A DNA stretch of 64,000 nucleotides from NCBI GenBank assembly GCA_038496445.1, contig JALMLS010000213.1:248001-312000 (forward strand). The letters are read 5' to 3'. This stretch comes from Trichosphaerium sp. ATCC 40318. Lineage: Eukaryota > Protista > Tubulinea. The position numbers were made by a program, and so were the translations under genes. Under the pieces are notes generated by a model. That model was given only the letters and a program-made list of their open reading frames with translations, was not told the DNA's origin and did not search any database. Below are positions 51,240-62,843 of the stretch, one piece after another. Each line of letters opens with the position of its first letter. Position 1 is the stretch's first letter.

Positions 51240-53060
51240 TAACAGTCACCTGATGTGATGAGCAACACTGAGGTTATGTCTGTATTTATCGAGCAACAGC
51301 TTTCAGATTCGAGGCTCGTTTGACGCATTCCAACAGCAATTGTAGAGCTAGACAATCCTTGGTTGTGTATCAGGAGATTGCGAAGTTGTAAATGGATCAA
51401 CTAAAGCACAGTGGCTCTGCACTGCCATTATAAATAGTATCAATGGATAACATAGCAGCGTTGGCTTCATAGTTAACTAAAATGCAGTTCGAGTGACAAT
51501 ACACAATTTCTTTAGAAAATGAAGTATAGACTTCACAGTGGCTAGAAAGAAAATGTTAGTTCAATGAAACATTGTAAATTCTATAACCATAAAGTGTGTA
51601 AGGGTTACCTTGAGGGCAATCTGGGAACTTGTCACAGAAATCAGTAGGTACTATGATCGTCCTTGTAGAAAAATATAGCCATCCTATAAATGCGAGTGTC
51701 ATAGAGGGTACGACACCACAACGAGAACTGATATATTGATCTTTGTAATTTCGTGCCAAAGATAGGATCAGGTACATGGTATTCACCAATCACAATATTA
51801 TAGATTATTAAGAAATCTTTTGTGAATGAGTTGCCTTCAAAGATATTTTGGAATAGTGTGCGAGACATTGAAGGGTACTTTGTAACATCATAGCAATCAA
51901 CTAAAAAAAGTACAATTTAGCTCGCTCATCATCTTCAACACCTTCAGCAATCAGTGCTCGAGCAACTGAAGATTTGATTGCCTTTGTACATTTACTCTAG
52001 ATCACGTGTAAGTTATGGTGTAAGCTAAAGAAAGGTGTTCTTCCGTACCTCAGGATTGCGTTTTGATGCTTTCAATGCAACAGAAAGTGTGTACTTTTGA
52101 ATACATTTCTTGAATGCAGAAAAGTCTTGAGTTGCTATTAGCCTTACAAACCCTCCAATGGAAATACGTATGTTGCCAAGGAAAACGATATACTGTCGAT
52201 CTTGATTTTTTTCCTTTGAAAGTTTATCAGAGATTTTTTTGTCAGTTGAGTTTTGTTGTTTCATTCTTTTTTTCATGCGCTTCTTGTGTTTTAGTTTGAG
52301 TGTCTTCTGGCGGTTGTTGTGCTTTAGTTTGGACTGTGTCTTCTAGTACTTGTATGGATTCAAGCCTGCCTCATAATACTGCTTTAAGAATGTGTAGGTG
52401 CTGGCTCTGCTCTTGATAATCAACAGTAAGTCATAAAAAGATAATAAATAATAATACGAGTATCCAAAAATAGCCGCTTACTCTGCTGACTTCAAAGAGG
52501 TGTTTGAATTGACTATGGCAATATTTCAAATACGGCTTTGCTGTTTGTGCTATTGAAAGAATACATTTGGTATCGAAAGCATATCACGTGCCATACAATC
52601 TCAGTTGGTAGCTCTAAGGAACAAAGGTTATTTCAAACTGTAGAAGTTGGAATCTCATTGCCTGTGAAGTTAGTGAATGTAGTCCCCTTGGCATTTAGGG
52701 AAATGGCTGTATTGGCGGATTCACGCTTCTTGGACGGTCCGAGTGATACGAATGGTTCGTTGTGAGACATGACGTATTGATGAACACTAAAGGTTGTTGA
52801 CGTTAGGATGTCATAAGAAACTGTAAAACACGTGATTAATGCGTTTGTTGTAGCTTTGAGAACAAATAAGGAGACATTCGCTTCGCATACTGTTGACATG
52901 GTTCCAATATTGATGTAGACGCTAAACAAGTTTGTTTACTGACTTGCCAAGCCAATATATCTTCAAGAATCTGTTTTTTCTTCACAAACTACTTAGATCG
53001 AAGTCTCATAAGTGTCAGTACCCTTCGTAAAACCAAGATGTCGCAGGCATCCATTACTTG
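51240..53060 (-). pseudogene. Probable degraded gene of unknown identity
   Basis: Protein-like fragments (52633-52929, 52025-52276, 51641-51868) broken by frameshifts and stops, e.g. ESIQVLEDTVQTKAQQPPED...KLN* shifting frame into STDKKISDKL. Confidence 0.35.
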
Positions 53061-53845
53061 AGTGGTTTTATTATATTGACTTTATTCGTACACAACAAGG
53101 GTTATAGATTTACTGCAATTTGTAGTTTTCACACTTTTGATTTTCACTCTTTCGGATTTTGCGCAAAATATCACGTGATATAACCAATAAGCTTTGTAGA
53201 TTATATCGCGGGTATTCATATTAAAATTTCAGTAGAGCTGTGGCATTTAAAACCCAAACAAAATGTCACAGCGTTAAAAATGTACTAGTTGCTCACCAAT
53301 CTTGTGGCTAGTAGCAAAATTCTTTTACATCTACTCGATCCTTCAACAGAAAATCACCAGGAAAAGTAAAGAGGTAACAAAAAATATGACAACGAGGTAA
53401 ACATTGATCATTCTGTACTACGGGTCTGATAAAACTTGACGAAAGTACTGCGAAATGTAATATCTACAAAAAGGACAATTCTAAATGCAAGTACCTCGAG
53501 AGGTACATTACTCTAAATGTACTAAATTATAATTTTGGATTGGGTATTTAAAATCACGTGGGTATTGCTTCCAGTTAGCAAGCATCCAAAACCGTGGGTA
53601 ACTTTTTCAAGTATGGCAAACTGTTTGATCTTGATAGAACTAATATACCTCAGACTAAACACAAACAGTAATTTGTTCTCCTAGTCCACAACTTGAGCGA
53701 TATGGACATCGCGGTTTTGCGGTGTACGTACTTAGACTGAGGAGCTGATATTATTTCCTACTTGTTAAAACACCCAATATTCTCATACTTTTCTTAGTTT
53801 TGGCAGTCTTTGTGTTTCTTTGACTGCATACAAAATTTACGGAAC

Positions 53846-54526
53846 ATGACAAGCGCAATACTAGAATCAGCGCTTCCTGTAGTCGTATGGGACCACATAG
53901 CATCATTACTATCAATACAAGACTTTTTATCTCTAAAATCCTCAAACAAGGCTTTTATACGCTTTTTACGAAATAACGGCAGCGTAGAGAGCAAGTTATA
54001 CATATCAGAGCTAAAAAAATCGTTCCCAATACTTTTTGACAGTACAACGATGAAATTAAACACAGAAGGCTTCTCAACACTCAGCCTCAGAAAAATATAC
54101 TACCAATCTTGTTTTGACCAAGAAATCAAGTGTAAGCAATGCAACTTTGTCGTAAAGAAAGGAAGAATAAGTCCCTATATGATATACCCTTCCCCGTGGG
54201 AAGCCAAAGGCAATAGATATGAAGAGTTTAAGGCATTAAGCATGCCTATGATTACAAGTAATTATTCAAGGTTTGAATGGTATGATGAAACTGTTTCTTT
54301 GCCTGTTCTTAAGAGGAATGTTGGTTGTTGCGGTTATACTCTTGATGTTGGTTGTCCCAAATGTTCAACAAAAATCGGATTGTGGCTTGATGATGAGTGC
54401 TTGGCGAGTAAAGTAACAAACCTCACGAACGGTACTTTCTTAGTTTTTGAGTACTTTCTTATCTCATGTAATTTCATTGCAGTTTATATTGATGAACCAT
54501 TGTGGAATGACTGGATAATATGCTAG
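53846..54526 (+). CDS. Intronless F-box + Yippee/Mis18-like zinc-binding domain protein
   Basis: LPVVVWDHIASLLSIQDFLSLKSSNKAF (F-box); IKCKQC...VGCPKCSTKIGLW...GTFLV (two CxxC pairs followed by IG-W). Confidence 0.7.
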   Translation: MTSAILESALPVVVWDHIASLLSIQDFLSLKSSNKAFIRFLRNNGSVESKLYISELKKSFPILFDSTTMKLNTEGFSTLSLRKIYYQSCFDQEIKCKQCNFVVKKGRISPYMIYPSPWEAKGNRYEEFKALSMPMITSNYSRFEWYDETVSLPVLKRNVGCCGYTLDVGCPKCSTKIGLWLDDECLASKVTNLTNGTFLVFEYFLISCNFIAVYIDEPLWNDWIIC

Positions 54527-54855
54527 CCCGGAGTATAGAATAGATCAATGCTATCTTAATGCTTCAACATGTCAAGCAATCTGTACATAATTGGTAGCAA
54601 CGTAATACAACTTACAGCTTTTTCCCATGAATGTAATTGTCAATAAAAACAATGTGAAATATTCAGTCTTTGAATGCACTTGTACATAATCGCAGAAGTA
54701 TTGCATATTACTAAACAAGCGGCTCTTATTCTTGCCCTTGTTACGCTCAGTATTCTGTCGTAAGATACTGAATATAGTTTCCTAACCGTTGTTTTGAAAA
54801 AACATGACTTTTTGGTCTTCATTCGTTTTAACTTAAACTGTGGCTATTAATAGCA

Positions 54856-55251
54856 ATGGATATTTGGTATCACATAATCAAGTTAGTTGACACCGTTAAA
54901 GGGCAGCTTGCGCTTCAGTTAACCTGCAAATTATTCAAATCGTTTTCTGATACTCAAAGCATATGGAAAGCGATATATAAACGCAAGGGAGAGCAAACTA
55001 AGTATTTTTGGCCGAAAATAACTACAGTGGTCATAAACGAGCAATCATGGCGTAAAATATACATTGAAACGCACAAGCTTAAAGAGGCCGACCGCTTTTT
55101 CAAGGCATTCAAGCTTCCTGCTAATGTAAAGCCAGACAAGCGAGAAACATGTCTTTTCTTGTATAAAACATGTACAAACCACTTGCGTACAATACTGAGC
55201 GAAACTCCAGAAGTGTACGTTCAAGGTACGCCTAAGCCTGGATTTGACTGA
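54856..55251 (+). CDS. F-box protein (possibly the first exon of a gene continuing to 56119)
   Basis: MDIWYHIIKLVD..GQLALQLTCKLFKSFSDTQSIWKAIY...SWRKIY is an F-box plus the typical following motif. A gtacgc donor sits at about 55226. Confidence 0.7.
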   Translation: MDIWYHIIKLVDTVKGQLALQLTCKLFKSFSDTQSIWKAIYKRKGEQTKYFWPKITTVVINEQSWRKIYIETHKLKEADRFFKAFKLPANVKPDKRETCLFLYKTCTNHLRTILSETPEVYVQGTPKPGFD

Positions 55252-55633
55252 AATAGCGCTATTTTATTTTATCGCTAAGCCTACTTTTTAAAAGGCCACT
55301 CCCAATTTGTAGCGCACACGTGACTTTCTGCACTTGTGCTCACGTAAAGTACTCCATAAGGATACACTAATAGTATAGCTTGCAGAGTTGCAAAAGCCTG
55401 CCTATGTTCACAAACCGTCTCGAAAAATCTGGCTTAGCGCTAACACAAAATATCGTTATTTCAAGTCAAATCCCTTGTAATAGTAGAGTGCTACCACAAT
55501 GTATTCTGTGACATATCGCAACCTTAAGGTTGGTTTATATCATGGTGTAGCCTTTTATTACTCTTTACAAACCATCAAAGATGGTCTTTTTTTTTTTTGA
55601 TTGTTTATACGATTCGTTCTCATGTTTTTTAAA

Positions 55634-56119
55634 GGAACTTCACGTGATTCATCCTTTGCGGGCCTGTACAAGGGCGCATACCAATTAACTATTAGTAACA
55701 AAAAAACTACTGCACATGTTTGTGCACTTGCTACAGCAAGTGTTGCAAAGCAAGTCTGTTCAGTTTTAACACCAGAATCAGATGAGAAACAAGTTTCATC
55801 GGCGCATGAGACATACATGGCACTAATAGATCCCATGCGCGCTATCTTCCAATATCCTGTAAGGTTAAACGTCTTAGAGTCCATATTGGATATGTCACAC
55901 GATGACCTCGTTCAAGCGTTTTTTGTTATGGCTGTAAAGTCTGTTGTTCCAACAACAACTTTTAAAGGTGATCCAGTATCTGAAACAGTTCTTAACAAGC
56001 TTGGTGTACCGTTTAGTGATATGACTACAAGTAAAAAAAACCTATGTAATAAACCACAGCGAGATTTGAATACACCATATCTACTTACTCAACTTTTATT
56101 GTACATTGAGAACTGGTAA
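55634..56119 (+). CDS. Hypothetical protein terminal exon (may belong to the upstream F-box gene)
   Basis: Open frame of about 160 codons after a poly-T/AAG acceptor, with globular-protein-like composition. Confidence 0.4.
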   Translation, partial: GTSRDSSFAGLYKGAYQLTISNKKTTAHVCALATASVAKQVCSVLTPESDEKQVSSAHETYMALIDPMRAIFQYPVRLNVLESILDMSHDDLVQAFFVMAVKSVVPTTTFKGDPVSETVLNKLGVPFSDMTTSKKNLCNKPQRDLNTPYLLTQLLLYIENW

Positions 56120-58620
56120 TCAAATATTAGAATTTAGTAACTTTCACACATGACTTCTTTTTTTGTGTTAAATTTTGGCTTTGTATTGCGCTTTGATTGC
56201 ATCTTTTGGGTACCATCACTTTCTGTAAACTGTCAATTCATACCACATATACCACGTGATAAAGTAGGTTATTTATTTTCTAGTGAGTCCAAGTACTCGT
56301 GGTATAATGAAGCAAAATTATCGCTAACTTCTTTCAAACATTTTTTATAATCTCCTGATGCTTCAAACCTTAACATCCACCAATCAGCAAACCCTAAATT
56401 CCATAAAAAATGAATTCATTCATCTCATGAAGTGTATCACCTTGACCGAGTGTTATCCATTTCTTGACTTGTTCTTTCCAATTTGGTAAATGAGTAAGCT
56501 TAGATAAAGCTTCTGATAATTTATTCTTCGCAGCCTTTATGAGGTCTTCTTTATCTAAAATAAAAGGAAACTAAGTTAGGTACACTTAAAAGAACGTGGA
56601 GCATGTAAATGTGCTGTAAAGTATGAACTGAGTGAGGGCATGCTAAATTGAAGCGCCTGGGTAACAACCAAACTTAGCCACAATCAACGGGCCACAAAAA
56701 AGGAATGTAACTAAAGGAGCTTTGTTTTGCTGTAAAAAAGAGCACGTGACTCCAGTGCGTACTGTATACTTTCATGTATGGGCTAATCTTTTTTCTGGGA
56801 TCCACGGGCTTATATCCAATTAATCTACCTTGTTCTATCATAACAAATAGCTTAGATCTTAAAACCTCTCGAATCCTTCTCCAAGCAACATAAAAAGTTG
56901 CTTTAACTTTAACCAAACCAACAACAGCTTCTGACTCGTCCATAACATACAGAACTGATCCTTCTGTCTTTTGTGCGCTCCTTACCTCATTTATCTATTG
57001 GATAGTAGGCGATAATTTTGGTATGTGAATGACGTACAGTAGGCTCAAGCTCTTTAATGTCATGATGACTATATTTAACATGTGGCATGGTATATTTCTT
57101 AAAAAACTCAAAAGCTACGATCAACGTAAGACGTTACAAGCTAATATAAATTGCTACAGTGAATTTAATACATATGTATTTTGCGTACCTTCTTTAGGGT
57201 GAATGGATTTTCCTGTTGAGGAGTGTAGGATTGTGTAAAATTCGATGTAAGTTGATTCAATAGGAAATAAATGTTCATGATGACTGATATTGATCTCGCC
57301 AAGTAAAGAACCGTATGATATTGCCTCTGATAAGAAAGACATTTTTGCATTACTTTGAAGTGATAAAAACCATTTAGAGACCTCATGACAAGCAATAGGA
57401 CCAGCGACAATAGTGTTGTTTTTGTGATGATATTTCAAAGAGTCTTCAAGGCAAGGCCATATAAGACAAGTGTTTTTAGAACCACAAAGGAAGAAAAAGG
57501 TTTCTAAAAGAAGTTTAGATTACACGTGCAAAGTGAGAATTTATAGAAAAGGTATAACAAGGATGATATGATTAAGTTTACCTTCTACCTTAATAACTCG
57601 CAATTTTGCGTTTTCTCCATTAGATTTTTCAGTCTTAAAAAAACTCTTACAAGATGATATAGATGCGCCTAGATTGAATAAATATTATAGATAATAGTGT
57701 CTCAGTCAACTAATATTTTAAATGAGAACCATCATAGAAAAAGTTGACTTTCGAAGATTTCGATTTTTCATCTTCGTCAGTAGCAATCAATCCTGTAAAT
57801 TTTTTGACACCAGTGAACTCCAAACTAAAATATCATCGTTATGACACAACCCACAATGTGTACTTTAGAATCGGATTATAAAATACCTTGTCAACAACGT
57901 TGCACCACGGTACACACGGACGTAGTGATAACCTAAAGAAAGGGTAGGTAAGATATCTTTCCGATTCAAAGAACGAAGCGGTTTAGACTTACCACGTGGT
58001 AATAGCTGGCGTAAAAGTGGTGATATGGTGTATAAACCATCATCAAACCCCGATCCAGCGAGATCTTGGAATTGACGACCTGTAGCGTTTTTTCTTAGCC
58101 ATTTTTTGAACTTCCAAATATCTGGTTGAAAACCCTTTGATTTAGTGTTAAAATACGCGACTAGAGGCGTTTGTGGTTGTACACACTTGAATTACGAAAA
58201 CAAGCTTTCCAATACGTTGTTCCTTGGTCTTAGCAGCTTTGACGAACGGATGACGGGCAAATATCTTCGTTTTAGCGACGTATTTGTCATTTCCAGTGGC
58301 AGCTTCATAAGTAGCGTAAAGAGCTTCTATATCGCCTACTTCTACCATAGGTATGCGAAACAAAGGATCTGAGACATCATGAACGTTAATAGGCTACATT
58401 CACGTAAATATCTTCGTTAATTGCTTCGTTTAAAATGGCAACGTTATAGCATAGATACAATACCTTTGCCATTGGACGTGGTTCGGTTAGTGCTCTTTTT
58501 GGTCGTTTTGAATGTTAAACTGACTTGCTCTGACTTTTCAGCCGGATGGCACGCCTCAAATCTACTCTCCAGGCGTTGTTGAGTAGCCTTCTCCCTTTCA
58601 AACACCATGCAGGTGCTTTT
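56100..58620 (-). CDS. Multi-exon hypothetical protein; boundaries uncertain
   Basis: Spliceable coding blocks: PINVHDVSDPLFRIPMVEVG..., LEFTGVKKFTGLIATDED, CLIWPCLEDSLKYHHKNN..., MDESEAVVGLVKV..., DKEDLIKAAKNKL..., GFADWWMLRFEASG. Confidence 0.5.
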
Positions 58621-59199
58621 GTTGAAGAAATGTCACAAAATAGAAAAAATCGTAAAGTCACAATGTCCTACACAAAAACCTTCGTGAAAATTTGGGGTTT
58701 TAACCTTCTGTGCCTTCGTAGTTTGGTTTTTTCTAATGGGTTCTCTTCGGGTATTCTCAAAACAACCAAAGACAAAAAAGCGGAGTCTGGAAACTGGAAA
58801 CTTCTGAGCTAGATTCTTGTACACTGTGACGCTTGTTTTTAACACTAGCACTCAAGTTGAAACACGTGATAAAAAGAAAAATATCAAAATGATAAAAAAG
58901 ACCTACAGTCGTTTACATACTGTAGATTGTTGTAGTTTTGTCGAAAATAAAAGTCCTAGTCAAAAAAAAAAATTACTTCACGTGATTTTTAGATCATTCT
59001 GTACACGTGATACTTACTATTTAATTTTGCCACGTGGTCTCACATTACTACCATAATAAACAATAACAAGGGCGCCTGTACTGAAGTTATAAGTCCTTTG
59101 TAAGTCGCCACGAGTCAAAAAAGAAAAAAAAACAGATTGTTTTCATAACAAACACTATTCCTTACTCTTTAGGAGCAACACAACACTCCAAAAACAAAC

Positions 59200-60126
59200 A
59201 TGCGTACAGCTAGAGATACAAGAATAATGTCACGTGATCCAGCGAAGAAGAACTCTTCACGGAAGAGAAAAAGGATGGAAGGCTTTTGGGTACTTACTAT
59301 TGATCCTTTTGAGCTAGTTTCTAAAGTTTAAGGCTCACACAACTCTTTTGATTATTAAAAGACCTTACAATACATCTAGCAACCCGATTCGAGTATGGGG
59401 ATGCCTGTACGTCTCCGACCAAAGTATGTGCACGCGATGCCCTATGCACGTGCGCAAATTATTGAAACATACACAATAGACGAAGAGTATCACTATCTCA
59501 CATCAGTGCCCGTTGGTGACATTAACAAGTACAGAAGGAGTAAGTCTGGCACAATACAAACACGCGCTTCGCATCAATTTTTTCAAGAACCAAGGTATAT
59601 GAGCGACGAGCCTGTGGCGCCTTCTATTATACTACCTTCGAGGCCACCTTGCGCTAGGAAAATTATCGTAAGCGGCATTATCGTAAATAATGACATAAAA
59701 GCACAAGAGGCACGAGAAAACGTCGTAGAGGAAAATGAGGATAAGATTAGAAAAAGTAATTTAAAATCTTATTCAAAAAAAAAAACAATGTGCATCGAAT
59801 TATTTAACCCAGAAGCTGGGTCACCTACACACGCTAGAAAAAAAATGAGACTCTCTGAGTCTAGAGAACTGATACAAAGTAATAGAGGATATACTCATGA
59901 GGAAGTTACAAGAGATAGAAGAGAAGCAGCAAACGCGCTTATCGAACTTTCTAATCGTGAAGAAAAATTCAATAACAAAGTGGATCTCGCGAAGGTTGAA
60001 TCATCTGCAAAGAGAGCACATGATAATTTGGTAGTATGCATTGCTTTACTAAATCGTGATATTGTTTTTCACAAGCACGATAAAGACAAAGCTAAAAAAA
60101 AGCCTGAAATTGTATACTTAAAATAA
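59200..60126 (+). CDS. Hypothetical basic (probably nuclear) protein, 2 exons
   Basis: Exon 1 MRTARD...RKRKRMEGFW splices in frame to ORF 59395-60126; contains an EAANALIELS motif. Confidence 0.6.
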
Positions 60127-60720
60127 ACAAAAAAAAAATAAGAAAAAGATGTGTCAAACTCTGTTTCCGACTAAACTTTTGTGACACCACGTGTTGTGTT
60201 TGAAATAAATGTGTCAACATCGAGCGAGCTATTATCGTTCGTAGCATCAGGTTGCTTACTCTAAAAAAGGTTAGGCTGTATGTACGATAGAAGATTAAGC
60301 GCGTTGATATTTGTATGCTGCTCAGCAGATTAGAGTGTTAACGGCTTTTGCTGGCTAACCGCTTAAGGGTTGCCTCTTAAGTAATTATAACCGTTCGCAA
60401 AAATAGAAGCGATAGTGTCAAAAGTATGAAGACGTAGTTGACATTGCAATCAGAGTATGATTTCAAAAAGTAGTAAACAACGGCAATGTAATGAACATTC
60501 CTTTGATTGTTAACATCAAGAGAGGATAGCGAACAACGATAACGATTTTGCTTATCAAATAAGTGCTAATTGTTACCCCAAAACTTAGAAAGCACCAGCT
60601 GAATTGGAAGCACGACACTTGCTTGAACTTAACATTTTATTTTTAACAAGGCTGGTCACTTACACTCTTAACAATGATTCACTGGTACAACGTTCGTATT
60701 CATCATACTTAATGGATTTT

Positions 60721-61511
60721 TTATCTACACAAACAACAGCTACAACATTTATAAAGACCAGCGCTTAGAGTTATGCTTGTGAACAGTAAAAACAATAAAA
60801 CAAGCCACAGTTTTGACTCAAAAATAAGCCGATCAACAGCACTTTTTTTTGCTCTTGACCTTTCACTTAGATATTTAATTATCTTGGTTGTATCCTTGCG
60901 CCAATCCAATATACTATCCACGCGGTTCGCTTCTGTATCTGCTTTCAACTGAATACCTCTAATTATTTCAGTCAAATCCTCAATCACAAGAGTTAGCCTT
61001 TCTATCTCTGATCTCTCAACTGGCGGCAAGCTTATCTTAAACTTGTGCCTCGTAGCTAACACAACAATAGAGAACGAGAAAACCAATTCTGAGTTCTGCG
61101 CAAAACAAAAAAATTAATACGCACGTGATTGAGCTTTATGATAATCTGACGTACCTGCTCTTCAACAAAAACACCATTCTCAGCACTTTCATTCAATTCT
61201 CCAAGAACTTGCTTGAAGACGACTTTGACGTCATCTAGAGAATTTATAACACCTGGTATAAGCTTCTTTGCTTGTTCTAGGGTTATATAATCTTCATGGG
61301 CTTTGTGAGTGCTAAAAACAAATTTTCAGATAAATCACGTGACAATTGTTTCCTTTCTTTCGTACTATTTGTTTTCAACGCGAAAAATAAGTCTATCGCC
61401 TAAATCTACTACAGTGATGACGTGGTCCGGTACTGAAGTACTGCGGTATTGTACAGAAGGATTTGAAGCGAAAACAATAGAAATTAACGTTAAAATGCAC
61501 AACAGACGCAT
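60721..61511 (-). CDS. Type I membrane protein: signal peptide, helical ectodomain, TM, Cys-rich tail (3 exons)
   Basis: MRLLCILTLISIVFAS signal; in-frame splicing to ORF 60721-61086; TM LWLVLLFLLFTSITLSAGLY then KCCSCCLCR*. Confidence 0.65.
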
Positions 61512-61765
61512 CAATCAAATTAAAAAAAACTAAATTGGAATTGAAAGTGACTTGAATGCTGGTCTCACTTAAACACTGGATAAAATCAGTTGCCTTTGTT
61601 ACCTTTACTTACATTCTACAGATACTATCGCTAAGTACCTGATTACACCAATCTGCCTATATTTAGCTGTGTTACACCTCAACTTTTATTGCTGAAACTC
61701 GCGCAGCAAAAAAGGGTATGCCAAACGCTTTGAAGTTGTACTACAAGGCTAAACGGCTAAAATAG

Positions 61766-62428
61766 ATGAATAGCTCAGTACCTGTGGGCGATTGCCACTT
61801 ATTTCGCCTTCCCATCGAAATACACCTCGATATCATTGATTTAGACCTTGATATGTATTTAAAATGGCCTTTGTTATCAAAACACAATGCAATGACAACA
61901 AGGTTTGATTGCGAACTGAAGAAACATGGCAAATGGCTAAAAATTATCAAAGAGCCATGTATGTTTCCACAACAAGGTCAACACTATATTAACGCACGTA
62001 CAAATGGAGCAAAAGGAGCGTCAGCCCCACCACGTGTTACTTCAAAGATACCACAAGTGCTATGTCAAGAACACTGGAAAAATGGTGAACTTGAAGGAGA
62101 CTATAGGCGATGGTATGAGCATGGCCAACAGCATGTTCATTGTACATATAGAAATGGTAAGCGACATGGAGAATACAAGGAATGGCATAAAAATGGTCAA
62201 TTGTTTATACAGTGTCAGTATGTCAATGATGAACGAAATGGAGAATGTAAGCAATGGTATGACAATGCCCAATTGTGGAAGCAGTATCATTACTTAAACG
62301 GTTTGAAACATGGAGATTATAAGTGTTGGTATTATAATGGACAAGTTTGGGTACATTGGGTTTATGCCAATGGCAAGTGTATTAAAGGAGGAGAACAGGA
62401 CGTTGACTATACATGTACAGTTTTGTAA
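61766..62428 (+). CDS. Intronless F-box-like + MORN-variant repeat protein (short paralogue)
   Basis: LFRLPIEIHLDII followed by about 4-5 GE.K.WY.NGQ repeats. Confidence 0.85.
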   Translation: MNSSVPVGDCHLFRLPIEIHLDIIDLDLDMYLKWPLLSKHNAMTTRFDCELKKHGKWLKIIKEPCMFPQQGQHYINARTNGAKGASAPPRVTSKIPQVLCQEHWKNGELEGDYRRWYEHGQQHVHCTYRNGKRHGEYKEWHKNGQLFIQCQYVNDERNGECKQWYDNAQLWKQYHYLNGLKHGDYKCWYYNGQVWVHWVYANGKCIKGGEQDVDYTCTVL

Positions 62429-62843
62429 AGAAAGTGGCCATTAAAGCCTTTTGCATAGCTGAACGCTAGACTTCCTTATAGTCCCTGTGGTTTACTGTTA
62501 GAACTCCTAGTTAGAACCAATAGATGCAGGCATAAGTTAGTGTTCCAAACCACTAGCCAGGTATTTAATATCTCTGAAATCGTTTTGTCATTTTTTTTTT
62601 GATTTTGTACAAAGAGTACACGTGATACAAAAAACAGTGTTTTTAGATAATTAAAGCCTTCGTACATTCCCACAAACTAGCAGACATTTCTTTAAGGTTT
62701 ACTAATTAACCGAACTGATACAATGACAGTTGTGCTTCTAGGAAGTCAGCCACATTGAAACAAAGAAGGATAAACAAAAAGTGTGGTTTTGTGGTCTGTA
62801 CAGAGGTGTCTATCGCTTTTTATTAGATCAAAACAGTGCGAAC

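Noticed and set aside
56100-57500. KDZ/Zisupton-like transposase (weak FLSLQ..AKMSF and DGTQK resemblance)
   Set aside because: No continuous catalytic region, CxC cluster or terminal inverted repeats could be supported.
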